64,000 bases of DNA from NCBI GenBank assembly GCA_943913645.1, contig CALTYZ010000003.1:37825-101824 (forward strand), read 5' to 3'. Each line of letters starts with the position of its first letter. Positions within the stretch are counted from its first letter, which is position 1. Below, one piece after another: positions 9,948 to 18,985 of this stretch. A program made the translations under genes and the position numbers. The notes beneath the pieces are model-generated. The model did not search any database and was not told where the DNA came from. It was given only the letters and a program-made list of their open reading frames with translations. This DNA is from an uncultured Corynebacterium sp. (lineage in GTDB: Bacteria; Actinomycetota; Actinomycetes; Mycobacteriales; Mycobacteriaceae).

Positions 9948-10856
9948 TTAATTCATAAGCTCGGCTGCGCCGCTGCCCAGCAGCGCAGCCGCGACCTGCT
10001 GGCCAACCTCCACAGGGTTGTCACCTACCGCAGTTTCAACAATCTGTGCCGATCCATCCAGGGCGAAAACACCCCCGGTGAGCGTGATTACCTCATCAGT
10101 AATCTGCGCATATGCCGCCACAGGGGCGGTGCACCCGGCCTCGAGGGTGGCAAGGACTTGCCGCTCTGCTGTTGCCTGGGCGCTGGCGGTGGCATCTGCT
10201 AACCCATCAATCGCCGCACAGGTTTGCGCATCATCGGCGCGACATTCCACCGCAAGCGCGCCCTGCGCTGGGGCCGGCAGTACAGTCTCTGGTGCAAAGA
10301 CCTCTGTTGCGCGGTGCGCATAGCCGCCACGGCTCAACCCGGCGTACGCCAGCACAATGGCGTCGAGTTCACCGGCCTCAACGTAGCCCATCCGGGTTTC
10401 GATGTTGCCGCGCAGCGGGCGAATGTCAAGATCTGGGCGCAGCGCGCGCAGCTGGGAGATCCGCCGAGGTGCCGATGTGCCCACGCGGGCGCCTTGGGGC
10501 AATTGCGCAAGGGTGAGCCCATCGCGGGCGATGAGCGCGTCCCGGTGATCTTCACGCGGCGGAACAATCACATGAGCGCGTGGCTCTGCAGCGGTGGGCA
10601 AATCCTTGTAGGAGTGCACGGCAATATCGACATCCCCCCGAAACAACGCCTCACGCAGCGCCGAGGTAAAAACGCCAACGCCGATGCGCTCCACCGGGGC
10701 TTGCGAAAGGTCACCTGGGGTGGTCACTACTGTGAGTTCAGCTGCGTGCCCGGCGCGTCCGAGCGCATCTCGAACGTGGCCGGCTTGGGTGGTGGCGAGG
10801 TGAGATCCGCGGGTGCCAATCCGCAACATCATGCGCTCCTTTGTGCGGGGGTGCAA
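9948..10856 (-). CDS. hemC: hydroxymethylbilane synthase (porphobilinogen deaminase)
   Basis: [19 protein letters not shown]-terminal signature; cofactor-binding Cys in [12 protein letters not shown]. Confidence 0.85.
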   Translation of the reverse strand: MHPRTKERMMLRIGTRGSHLATTQAGHVRDALGRAGHAAELTVVTTPGDLSQAPVERIGVGVFTSALREALFRGDVDIAVHSYKDLPTAAEPRAHVIVPPREDHRDALIARDGLTLAQLPQGARVGTSAPRRISQLRALRPDLDIRPLRGNIETRMGYVEAGELDAIVLAYAGLSRGGYAHRATEVFAPETVLPAPAQGALAVECRADDAQTCAAIDGLADATASAQATAERQVLATLEAGCTAPVAAYAQITDEVITLTGGVFALDGSAQIVETAVGDNPVEVGQQVAAALLGSGAAELMN

Positions 10857-10871
10857 GGGTCGGTGTGCAGT

Positions 10872-12194
10872 TTAGTGCAGCTCTTGTGGCAGCGGTAAGC
10901 GTTGTACGTCCACGGCTACCGAGGAGCGTCCAAGGCCGAAGAGTTCTTCAAGCACCATCTCCACACTGACTGTTTCGGAGGAGGCGGCAAGCTCTTTGAT
11001 CTTCACCGTTGGGGTATGCAGCAGCTTGTCGACGATGCGTTTGACGCTGCGGGAAACGAGCTCAAACTCCTCATCGCTCAGATCCGGAAGCTTTGCGCGC
11101 AGCTTGACAAGCTCCTGGTCTTGGACCTCGCTTGCGGTTTGGCGAAGTCTGGCAACTGCTGGTGCGACGTCGCGCATGCGCTGTTGTGAGCTAAACGCCT
11201 CGACTTCTTCGGTGACAATGGCTTGGGCCTGGCGCAGCGCAACCGATTCCGCATCCTCTTCGGCGTGTGTCGCGGCACGTTGGGCGTGCAGGTATTCGAT
11301 GTTGATCAGATGCACCCCGGGGTGGCGGGTGACCTCGTCTGCGATGTCACGCGGCAGTGAAAGGTCAATCAGGACGCCAGGCCCAGAAATGTCCTCGGCG
11401 GTAATGGTGAAGGTGCCTGCCGCAGTTGCGGAGACCGCGATGTCGGCACGCGCCAGTGCGCCGGCGCGAGCGTTGAAATCTACTACCTCTGCCGGTACCC
11501 CCGCCTCGCGGGAGTGTTCGGCCAGCCGTTCTGCTCGTGAGCGGGTCCGGTTGGCCACGATGAGTTTGTCCACCCCGCGTTTGCCGAGCTGGGTGGCGGC
11601 CAGTGAGCTCATCGCCCCGGCGCCTAAGATCAGCGCCGTCGTGCCCGTGAAATCCTTCCGCCCAAGTACAGCGAGCGCCTCATCCAGGGCGAAGCTGACC
11701 ATTGACCCTCCGGAATCATCGATCCCGGTTTCAGCATGCACCCGCTTGCCGGTGTGCAGTGCTGTCTGCGCTAAGGAGTGCAGGGCAGGCCCGACCGAGC
11801 CACGCTCTGTGGCGTCGATGTAGGAAGCGCGCACCTGACCAATGATCTGCTGCTCGCCCACCACCATGGAGTCCAACCCGGAGGCAACCGCGAACATGTG
11901 CTCAGCAGCCGCGTCAGCGTAGCGGACATAAAGGTAGGTTCTCAGCTCTGCCTCGGCAATGCCGGAAATATCGGCCAGGACCTCAAGGACCTCTTGCACC
12001 CCGGTGTGAAACGCGTTGGTCACGCAATAAATCTCGAGGCGGTTGCAGGTGGAGATGATCATGGCCTCACTAATGGAGGGCTGTTCAAGCAGCTCTTCTG
12101 TCGTCCGGTGCTGCACTGCATCGTCCATACTGAGACGTTCCAGCAGTGCAACGGGCGCCGAGCGATGGGACATTCCCACAACAAGTACGCTCAC
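10872..12194 (-). CDS. hemA: glutamyl-tRNA reductase
   Basis: MSVLVVGMSHRSAPVALLERL N-terminus; catalytic Cys motif STCNRLEIY; NADP-binding GAGAMSSLAA. Confidence 0.85.
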   Translation of the reverse strand: MSVLVVGMSHRSAPVALLERLSMDDAVQHRTTEELLEQPSISEAMIISTCNRLEIYCVTNAFHTGVQEVLEVLADISGIAEAELRTYLYVRYADAAAEHMFAVASGLDSMVVGEQQIIGQVRASYIDATERGSVGPALHSLAQTALHTGKRVHAETGIDDSGGSMVSFALDEALAVLGRKDFTGTTALILGAGAMSSLAATQLGKRGVDKLIVANRTRSRAERLAEHSREAGVPAEVVDFNARAGALARADIAVSATAAGTFTITAEDISGPGVLIDLSLPRDIADEVTRHPGVHLINIEYLHAQRAATHAEEDAESVALRQAQAIVTEEVEAFSSQQRMRDVAPAVARLRQTASEVQDQELVKLRAKLPDLSDEEFELVSRSVKRIVDKLLHTPTVKIKELAASSETVSVEMVLEELFGLGRSSVAVDVQRLPLPQELH

Positions 12195-12238
12195 GAAATC
12201 CTCCCATACAGCCGCACATCAAACTAAAGGATACCCCG

Positions 12239-12517
12239 CTATCGGGCAAGTTCGGACGCCAGTTGGGCATTGTCTACTTCCCAGCAGGCGAATTCCTCAC
12301 CGTCAATCACCACCACGGGCACCCGGTCGCCGAACTCTGCGGCTAGCTCCGGGTCCGCGTCGACGTCGACAAGCACAAGCTTCGCGCCATGCGTATCGAC
12401 GACAGGTTCTATCTGTTTGTGTACCCGCACGCACGATCCGCAGCCAGCACGAACCATGAGCTCGACGGTCTTGCGCACGGCGTGTGCAGTATCAACAGCG
12501 CCAACAGTGCCAACCAT
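12239..12517 (-). CDS. glutaredoxin-like (thioredoxin-fold) small protein
   Basis: CGSC CxxC motif followed by a thioredoxin-fold pattern (PVVVIDGEEF). It sits immediately upstream of hemA, as Rv0508 does in mycobacteria. True start probably internal (ATG at 12457, MVRAGCGSC...). Confidence 0.55.
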   Translation of the reverse strand: MVGTVGAVDTAHAVRKTVELMVRAGCGSCVRVHKQIEPVVDTHGAKLVLVDVDADPELAAEFGDRVPVVVIDGEEFACWEVDNAQLASELAR

Positions 12518-12541
12518 GCCCGCTCCTTTCCTCGCGGCAGT

Positions 12542-12576
12542 AGTACCCCGCCTACAGGGTGCGCATGCGGGGTACT
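12542..12576. promoter_or_regulatory. 10-bp perfect inverted repeat AGTACCCCGC-N15-GCGGGGTACT in the divergent promoter between the grx-like/hemA operon and the HAD hydrolase gene
   Basis: Arms at 12542-12551 and 12567-12576 are exact reverse complements; located in 113-nt divergent intergenic region. Confidence 0.3.
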
Positions 12577-12630
12577 ATGGCCTGGCCAATCCAACTACGC
12601 TAACACTTGACGAAAGGCGGGCGCGCGTAA

Positions 12631-13665
12631 ATGGCTGAGCCCAGTGAGCTCCTTGCCCAATGGTCCGTGTCGCATGGCAACCTGCGTCGGTTTTTTGAAG
12701 ATTTGGTGCTGCCCCCACTAGATGAACAAGCCCAGCGGGCTGCGGGTGAGGCAGCCGCAGCCGCCGCGATTGAAGAGACTTTTGGTATCAAGCTCGAAGA
12801 GTTTGCACTTGGGGTTGATTCCGTTGGCGGTGCGTTCGCCACCGCAGGCCGCCGAAAGCTGACCACGCCTGACCCGGCGGTACCTCAGGACGAGGGTGCG
12901 GCCGCATTCTTTGATGTGGATAACACCCTCATTCAGGGCTCCTCGCTCATCCTGCTTGCAGAGGAGCTGGCGAAGCGTCGTTTTATCACCCTGCGGGAAT
13001 TTTTACCCGCGCTGACGAAACAAATCCGCTTCCGTGTCTCCGGGTCCGAAAGCCCCGAAGACATCGCGGCCGGGCGCGAGCAGGCACTTGGGCTGGTGCG
13101 CGGCAAGTCGGTGGCAGAACTGCAGGCGCTGTGCAAGGACATTGTGGAGCGGCAGATGCTGGGCAAAGCCTACACATCCACAATCGACCTGGCCGCAATG
13201 CACATCGCTGCAGGCCAGCAGGTGTGGCTTGTGTCTGCCACCCCGGTGCAGATTGGTCAAGCGCTTGCAGAGCGCCTCGGGTTCACCGGCGCGCTCGGCA
13301 CCGTGGCTGAGGAGAAAAATGGGTTGTTCACCGGCCGGCTCGTCGGCGATATTCTTCACGGGCCCGGCAAGCAGCATGCAGTAGCGGCCCTTGCCGCGAT
13401 TCAGCGCCTTGATTTAGACAAATGCACCGCATACTCGGACAGCATCAACGATTTGCCGATGCTGGAGATGGTCGGCTCCCCGGTGGCTATTAACCCGGAC
13501 CGGGCGTTGCGCCGCCACGCCCAAGCACAGGGCTGGGCGATTCGAGATTACCGCTCAGTGCGACGCCTGGCGCGCTCCTACGCGCTGCCTGTGCTGGTTG
13601 CCGCAGGCATAGCCGGTGGCGCAACATGGGCTGCACGCCGTCGGCGGGGGTACCGGGCGGGGTAG
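12631..13665 (+). CDS. HAD-IB family hydrolase (SerB-like phosphatase domain)
   Basis: 344 aa; HAD motif I FFDVDNTLIQGSS (DxDxT), downstream HAD motifs (SATP..., AYSDSINDLPML); corresponds positionally to mycobacterial Rv0505c. Confidence 0.7.
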   Translation: MAEPSELLAQWSVSHGNLRRFFEDLVLPPLDEQAQRAAGEAAAAAAIEETFGIKLEEFALGVDSVGGAFATAGRRKLTTPDPAVPQDEGAAAFFDVDNTLIQGSSLILLAEELAKRRFITLREFLPALTKQIRFRVSGSESPEDIAAGREQALGLVRGKSVAELQALCKDIVERQMLGKAYTSTIDLAAMHIAAGQQVWLVSATPVQIGQALAERLGFTGALGTVAEEKNGLFTGRLVGDILHGPGKQHAVAALAAIQRLDLDKCTAYSDSINDLPMLEMVGSPVAINPDRALRRHAQAQGWAIRDYRSVRRLARSYALPVLVAAGIAGGATWAARRRRGYRAG

Positions 13666-13680
13666 ACCTCGCACCGTCAC

Positions 13681-13782
13681 CAAAGCGAAACGCTACTTGC
13701 CGAGTTTGCGGCGCTGCACACGAGTGCGCCGCAGCATCTTGCGGTGCTTCTTCTTCGACATGCGCTTGCGTCGCTTCTTGAT
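13681..13782 (-). CDS. 30S ribosomal protein bS22 (33 aa)
   Basis: Not in ORF track because it is under 60 aa. Minus-strand frame from TTG at 13780-13782 to TAG at 13681-13683 encodes [33 protein letters not shown]. This extremely basic 33-aa sequence matches the actinobacterial bS22 family (Rv0500B-like). Confidence 0.7.
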
Positions 13783-13924
13783 GACTGAACCCAATTCAGG
13801 TGCCTCATTTCACTCGTCTAATAGGTGCACGTTCGCTGGGCGGATGGCTGCGCAACCTGCGGATGCCCACAGCCACATTCCGCCAGCGGAATGGTCTTCA
13901 AGCATACAGCCCGCAAGGTGAGCA

Positions 13925-13967
13925 GCAAAAAATCCGGCGTCCCCGCAACAACGGGGAGACGCCGGAT
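13925..13967 (-). terminator. rho-independent terminator downstream of the BldC-like gene
   Basis: On minus strand: GC-rich hairpin (ATCCGGCGTCTCCCCG / CGGGGACGCCGGAT, one bulge) followed by a T6 run (plus-strand AAAAAA at 13927-13932). Confidence 0.5.
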
Positions 13968-14015
13968 CGCAGGCTTTGCGCGACAAGCGCGCTGCACGCG
14001 AGGCCGCTTCCCCGC

Positions 14016-14207
14016 TTACCCTACGTCGTAGACGGAGGATTCGAGATACTCGCTGACTGCAGTCTCGTTGACCCGGAACGAGCGCCCCACGCGCACTGCC
14101 GGCAGCTCCCCAGAGTGAACCAGACGGTACACCGTCATTTTGGAGACGCGCATGATCTCTGCAACCTCTGCAACAGTGAGGAACTTGCCTTTTTCTTCAT
14201 TAGCCAT
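14016..14207 (-). CDS. BldC-like small MerR-type HTH DNA-binding protein
   Basis: Start trimmed to ATG at 14205-14207 (MANEEKGKFLTVAEVAEIMRVSKMTVYRLVHSGELPAVRVGRSFRV...). Excisionase/MerR-type HTH. Conserved partner of proC in actinobacteria (Rv0500A-like). Confidence 0.7.
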   Translation of the reverse strand: MANEEKGKFLTVAEVAEIMRVSKMTVYRLVHSGELPAVRVGRSFRVNETAVSEYLESSVYDVG

Positions 14208-14329
14208 ATGTTTTAACCCTTCAGCACGTCTACGCGCTGTAGGCTTCCCCTCCCACAGGACGGACACGCACGTGCGTAAAACAGCCTAGCGTGAAAGGTG
14301 CGTCACGCGCGACTCAGGCTCACTAAAGT

Positions 14330-15160
14330 CTACGTTTGTGACGGTTGTTCATCATTGTCCAGCTCCTGCGCACGTCGCGCACAGGCACTCGTCGCCCGAT
14401 AAAACGCCCCCCGCAACCCGGACTCCTCCAACTCGCGAATCGCCGCCACCGTCGTCCCAGCTGGCGATGACACCTGCGCCCGCAACTCAGCCGGGCTCCC
14501 ACCGTTGGCAAGCATCACACCTGCGCCCGCAGCCGTAGCAGTGACCAGCTCAGCGGCGAGCTCGCGCGACAACCCAAGCGCCACACCAGCATCAACTAGT
14601 GCCTCAGCGACGAGGAAGAAGTACGCCGGGCCGGACCCAGACAAGGCAGTGACCGCATCCATTTGCGCCTCATCAACCTCAACCACCAGTCCCCCCGCGG
14701 CGAGCAGCGTGCGAACAGCATCGCGCTGCTCCTCTGCGACATAGCGGCCGAATGTCACAGCCAACACACCATTGCCCACCAACATGGGGGTGTTCGGCAT
14801 CACTCGAACAAGCGGTACACCAGCGGCCGGTACTGCCTCTTCAAGCGAGGCAAGCGTGACCCCAGCTGCCATCGAGATGATGACTGGGAGCTCATCGGCC
14901 CGATCGAGCTCTTCACCAATATGGGCGAGCACGTCCGCGACCTGCGCTGGCTTCACACACACCACGACCGCATCTGCGTCAGCCACCGCAGCACGATTGT
15001 CCTCCTCGACCCCTACCCCATAGGTTTCAGCCAGCGTTTGACGGCGCTCAACGCAGCGCGTCGTTGCAACGATTGCCTGCGGGGAAACACCTGATCTAAC
15101 CAGCCCAGCGATTAAGGCCTCACCAATGTTGCCGGCGCCAAGGATTGCGATTTTGTCCAT
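14330..15160 (-). CDS. proC: pyrroline-5-carboxylate reductase
   Basis: Start trimmed to ATG at 15158-15160 (MDKIAILGAGNIGEALIAGL..., NAD(P)-binding Rossmann). The 97-aa Cys/His-rich extension in the track ORF (to 15451) is a GC-rich artefact. Confidence 0.8.
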   Translation of the reverse strand: MDKIAILGAGNIGEALIAGLVRSGVSPQAIVATTRCVERRQTLAETYGVGVEEDNRAAVADADAVVVCVKPAQVADVLAHIGEELDRADELPVIISMAAGVTLASLEEAVPAAGVPLVRVMPNTPMLVGNGVLAVTFGRYVAEEQRDAVRTLLAAGGLVVEVDEAQMDAVTALSGSGPAYFFLVAEALVDAGVALGLSRELAAELVTATAAGAGVMLANGGSPAELRAQVSSPAGTTVAAIRELEESGLRGAFYRATSACARRAQELDNDEQPSQT

Positions 15161-15282
15161 GAGCGCTAAGCCTAGGCCAGCACGTGAAAAAGACACACCA
15201 AAAACCCCGCACAAAAAGGCCACACTGCATACCCGCGTTCCTGTGCGCGTGCAGTGTGGCCGTGTGTGTCGCGGCGCGACAC

Positions 15283-16380
15283 TTACAACAGCGCCGGACC
15301 AAACGTCGCCACAGCCGTGGCCAAGCCCGCCAGCGACATCGTCAACCCATCCCGCCCGGAACGCAGCGCGCCAACACCGGTGACAACAGCAGCTATGGCA
15401 GCAATGCTCAAACCGATCGCAATCCCTGTTCCAACGTGTGCCCACACCCACTGGAACAGCAAGAACACAAGGATTCCAAGGACGATACCGGCGAACACCA
15501 ACAGCACGAGCGCGATGGGGTTAACGGTTTCTTCCTGACTTGCGATGTGATCTGCAGATGCAGGTTTGGAAACGTTGTCCAGTCGACGCTCCACCGAGTT
15601 TGGATCCTGGCGCTCACCAGTACGCGCCGGGCGTGGCTGCGGTTCAAGCTTGGTGGCTGTCGCCCCCCCAACCTTTTCAAATGAACGCGTCTGCTCTTCC
15701 GAAGCCCGCGGCGCTGATTGCATGGTTACCCCATAGCGGCCGGCACCTTCATGCTCGAATGGTGTCGACGGCGCGCTACCAGGCACCGGGCCCGCACCTG
15801 CAGACAACGGGCGGTCAAGGTCGAGACCGCGGTCCGGGAACGGGTCCGCGTTTCGCAGGTATGGTTCGCGCAGCTGCGGCTCAACTGGGCGCCCGTCACG
15901 CAGTGGCTGCTCCGCACCGTGGTGGCGCAAGGTTGGGCCGGCGTCGAAACGCGATCCCGGAGCCCCCGTACGGGGCCGATCGGCACTCGGCGGGGTTGGT
16001 GAGGTTCGAGTCGGCGGCTGCGCCGGCTCTGCAGGCCGCTGCGGTGGCATTGATTCCGCTCGACGCCCCATTTTTGGGTTGTACTGCACCGCTGGATGTT
16101 GCGTCGTCGGAGCCGACGAGAACGGCGGCGCAGCCGGTGACGATGCCGTAGGAGGCAACGGACGCGACGCCGGTCCACCTGGAGTGTCGATCGGCATGGA
16201 GGAATGCCGCGGCTCAACTGGCCGGGCGTCGACCTTGCCGAATGAGCCGGTAATTTCCGCGACTGTTACACCGCCCTCGTCAAGGCTGCGGCGGCGACGA
16301 CGGCGCCTGCCAACGTCCGGGTTTTCCGCCTGGGCCCGGGCAAGGATTTCCGCAACTGTAAGTTGCTCTTCCTGGGACAT
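15283..16380 (-). CDS. proline-rich membrane protein (Rv0497-like)
   Basis: 365 aa. Low-complexity Pro/Ala/Arg-rich central region. C-terminal hydrophobic helices (IALVLLVFAGIVLGILVFLLF, IAIGLSIAAIAAVVTGVGAL). The ATG overlaps the ppx stop (TGATG), suggesting translational coupling. Confidence 0.5.
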   Translation of the reverse strand: MSQEEQLTVAEILARAQAENPDVGRRRRRRRSLDEGGVTVAEITGSFGKVDARPVEPRHSSMPIDTPGGPASRPLPPTASSPAAPPFSSAPTTQHPAVQYNPKMGRRAESMPPQRPAEPAQPPTRTSPTPPSADRPRTGAPGSRFDAGPTLRHHGAEQPLRDGRPVEPQLREPYLRNADPFPDRGLDLDRPLSAGAGPVPGSAPSTPFEHEGAGRYGVTMQSAPRASEEQTRSFEKVGGATATKLEPQPRPARTGERQDPNSVERRLDNVSKPASADHIASQEETVNPIALVLLVFAGIVLGILVFLLFQWVWAHVGTGIAIGLSIAAIAAVVTGVGALRSGRDGLTMSLAGLATAVATFGPALL

Positions 16381-17336
16381 CAGTCGTCCTCTCCTTCATT
16401 CATTCCTGGGGCGTGACCCTGGTCGATCCATTTTAAGATCACTCCTTCACGTAGCGCCCACGGACAGATCTCCAACTTATCAAGACTTAGCGCCCGCATC
16501 GCGGCTTCCGCCACAAGCGCGCCGGCAACGATCTGATGGGAACGGTCCGCGTTGATCCCCTCCAGCTCCGCCCGATCCGCGGCCGTCATCCGCGAAATAA
16601 AGGCGATGAGCTGGCGAAGCCCGGGAGCAGTCAGGGTGCGCTTGACATAGGGACCCGCAGATGATGGCGCTGCACCGGTCAGCCGCGCCAGGGAGCGAAA
16701 TGTTTTGGAAGTACCAACGGCAAGCCCTGCTTGCCCCATCGCTTTGAACTCTTCGGCAGGTTGAGCAAGCTCGGCGTCAATGAAGTCACGCAGTAGGTTG
16801 ATCTTCTTGCGCTCCGGTGGATCAGTGTCAAACCATTCGTGGGTCAAACGTCCTGCGCCCAGATCCAGCGACACCGCCAGGTCTGGGCTTTCTTCGGTAC
16901 CAGTTGACATTTCGAGCGAACCGCCGCCGATGTCAAGGTTGGTGATGCGTCCGGCAGACCAGCCATACCAACGACGCGCTGCTAAAAACGTCAACCGGGC
17001 TTCTTCTTCTCCAGATAACACCCGGAGGCGTACGTCGGTTTTCTTCTCTACGCGAGCGAGCACGTCATCAGCGTTCGCCGCAGAGCGAACCGCCGAGGTA
17101 GCAAACGCGAGAAACTCTTTGCATTTAAGGTTGTCCGCCAGATCGGCAGCCTCTTGCACAGCGTCAATGAGTTTGTCGACACCCTTGTGCTCAATGTTGC
17201 CTTTTTTATCAAGCAATTCCACAAGACGCAGGGGCTGCTTCCAGTCGGACATGGGTGTGGGCCGCCCGCCGCTGCGGGCGTCAACCGCCACCAAATGAAC
17301 GGTGTTGCTGCCTACATCCAGGACACCTAAACGCAC
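16380..17336 (-). CDS. ppx: Ppx/GppA-family exopolyphosphatase / guanosine pentaphosphate phosphohydrolase
   Basis: MRLGVLDVGSNTVHLVAVDA actin-like ATPase N-terminal motif; 318 aa typical of actinobacterial Ppx (Rv0496-like). Confidence 0.75.
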   Translation of the reverse strand: MRLGVLDVGSNTVHLVAVDARSGGRPTPMSDWKQPLRLVELLDKKGNIEHKGVDKLIDAVQEAADLADNLKCKEFLAFATSAVRSAANADDVLARVEKKTDVRLRVLSGEEEARLTFLAARRWYGWSAGRITNLDIGGGSLEMSTGTEESPDLAVSLDLGAGRLTHEWFDTDPPERKKINLLRDFIDAELAQPAEEFKAMGQAGLAVGTSKTFRSLARLTGAAPSSAGPYVKRTLTAPGLRQLIAFISRMTAADRAELEGINADRSHQIVAGALVAEAAMRALSLDKLEICPWALREGVILKWIDQGHAPGMNEGEDD

Positions 17337-17369
17337 ACTGCCAGCGTAACGGGTCTACGGTACCAAGGT

Positions 17370-18305
17370 GTGAATCAACCAGCCCCAAACCCGATTTTTC
17401 TTGGATTCCCAGCAGACTCCCCTGCGGGCCGGTCCATCACCGCGGGGCGTGAGGTGGCGCCTGACTTCCCGCGGGAATGGTTCGAATTCATCCACCCAGA
17501 AGACCCACACCACTATTTCTCTATTGATTTAACCTGGGCCGAATCGACCTGGTCGTGCCGGTTCGGCACCCCGCAGTGCCTTGGCATCAACGAAGTGTTT
17601 TCAGTGGTGGGGTGCTGTATTCATGGGGCGTATTTGTCAGATGAATTTGACCGGGATGACCTCTATAACGCAGTCGCTGCGATGCCGGCTAGGTACTGGC
17701 AGCTCCGCCCCGCTGAGGTGGATTCTTATCTCGCCAACGCTGATCCAACCCAGCTCGAGCCCTGGCTGGAGTGGGACGACACCGACACCGACACCGACAC
17801 CGAAGAAGATGACGGCCCCCACTTCAAAACGAAAGTCGTAGATGGTGCCTGCATCTTCGCCAACCGCACCGGCGCGACTACTGGCCCAGGGTGTGCGCTG
17901 CACCAGTGGGCAGTCGCTGATGGGCGCCCACTGGTCGGTTCAAAACCAGAAGTGTGTTGGCAGGTACCATTTTCCCGGGAGGATTCCTGGCAAGAGCGCC
18001 CGGACGGCCAAGAAATCCTGCGCACCACAATCGGTGAGTACGACCGACGTCAGTGGGGCGGCGGCGGGGAGGACTTCGACTGGTGGTGCACCGGCGACCC
18101 CACGTGCCACACACCCAGTTCGCGTATCGACGCCACCGCCCAGCCCCTGTGGCGCTCCATGCAAGACGAACTGATCGCCCTCATTGGGCAAAAACCCTAC
18201 GAGGTACTCGCCCGCCATTGCGCGGCGCGTCAATTGCTTCCTGCCAAGGCAAAAGCGACCCACCCGGCCACAGCTGCCGCGCGCGGTCAGGCCTCGAATT
18301 TATAG
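17370..18305 (+). CDS. conserved actinobacterial Cys-rich hypothetical protein (Rv0495c-like)
   Basis: 311 aa with many Cys and Trp residues. Contains an acidic DTDTDTDTEEDD low-complexity tract. Divergent from ppx, as in mycobacteria. Real start may be internal. Confidence 0.45.
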   Translation: MNQPAPNPIFLGFPADSPAGRSITAGREVAPDFPREWFEFIHPEDPHHYFSIDLTWAESTWSCRFGTPQCLGINEVFSVVGCCIHGAYLSDEFDRDDLYNAVAAMPARYWQLRPAEVDSYLANADPTQLEPWLEWDDTDTDTDTEEDDGPHFKTKVVDGACIFANRTGATTGPGCALHQWAVADGRPLVGSKPEVCWQVPFSREDSWQERPDGQEILRTTIGEYDRRQWGGGGEDFDWWCTGDPTCHTPSSRIDATAQPLWRSMQDELIALIGQKPYEVLARHCAARQLLPAKAKATHPATAAARGQASNL

Positions 18306-18976
18306 CCCAGGCCGCGCACCGTGATCAGCTGTTGGGGCCGGGAAGGCTCCTGTTCAATTTTGGTTCGCAGCCGTTTGACATGTACATCGAGCGTTTTGGT
18401 GTCTCCGACATAGTCGGCTCCCCAAATTCGGTCAATCAATTGCCCACGGGTGAGCACGCGGCCGGCGTTGCGCATGAGATACTCCAGCAGATCAAACTCT
18501 TTGAGTGGCATGGCCACCGGTTGCCCGTCAACAAGCACAGTGTGGCGCTCCACGTCCATGCGAACGCGCCCGCCTTCTAAAATCTGCTCGCCGGACTCCT
18601 CAACCTCGTCTACCTCGGGGCCTCGGCGCAGCACCGCCCGGATGCGCGCGATCAGTTCGCGGGTGGAGTACGGCTTGGTCACATAATCATCGGCGCCGAG
18701 TTCAAGGCCAACGACCTTGTCTATCTCAGAGTCGCGTGCGGTGACCATGATGATCGGCACATCTGACTCGGCGCGCAGCTTGCGGCAAACATCCGTGCCA
18801 CTCATCCCCGGCAGCATCAGGTCAAGCAGGACCAGGTCAACATGGTCATCGTTGAACTGCTCAAGGGCGCTCGGACCATCGGCGGCGAGCAAGGTGTCAA
18901 AACCTTCTTTTTGCAGCAAGTATGCCAGCGGCTCGGCTAAAGACTCTTCGTCTTCAACGATGAGAATGGTCGCCAT
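18287..18976 (-). CDS. regX3: OmpR-family two-component response regulator (RegX3-like)
   Basis: Receiver domain MATILIVEDEESL..., phospho-acceptor region LVLLDLMLPGMSG, C-terminal winged-helix (LTRGQLIDRIWG...VHVKRLRTKIE). Confidence 0.8.
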   Translation of the reverse strand: MATILIVEDEESLAEPLAYLLQKEGFDTLLAADGPSALEQFNDDHVDLVLLDLMLPGMSGTDVCRKLRAESDVPIIMVTARDSEIDKVVGLELGADDYVTKPYSTRELIARIRAVLRRGPEVDEVEESGEQILEGGRVRMDVERHTVLVDGQPVAMPLKEFDLLEYLMRNAGRVLTRGQLIDRIWGADYVGDTKTLDVHVKRLRTKIEQEPSRPQQLITVRGLGYKFEA

Positions 18977-18985
18977 GGTCTGATC

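Noticed and set aside
10996-11823. 275-aa plus-strand ORF within hemA
   Set aside because: Antisense to hemA (catalytic TCNR motif present on minus strand); Ser/Ala/Arg-rich nonsense.
14268-14277. 10-bp palindrome CGCACGTGCG upstream of the BldC-like gene
   Set aside because: Short GC palindromes of this size are expected by chance at this GC content; no supporting second site.
15161-15451. Cys/His-rich 97-aa N-terminal extension of proC in the track (CDRFEHCCHSCCCHRCW)
   Set aside because: proC family proteins begin at the Rossmann motif MDKIAILGAG found at the internal ATG. The extension overlaps the 3' end region of the upstream gene context and looks like read-through of non-coding sequence, not a metal-binding domain.
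17755-17800. GACACC hexamer repeats (gacaccgacaccgacaccgacacc) that could look like a micro-array of repeats
   Set aside because: They are in-frame coding repeats giving the DTDTDTDT acidic tract of the Rv0495c-like protein; not a CRISPR or regulatory array (no spacers, too short).
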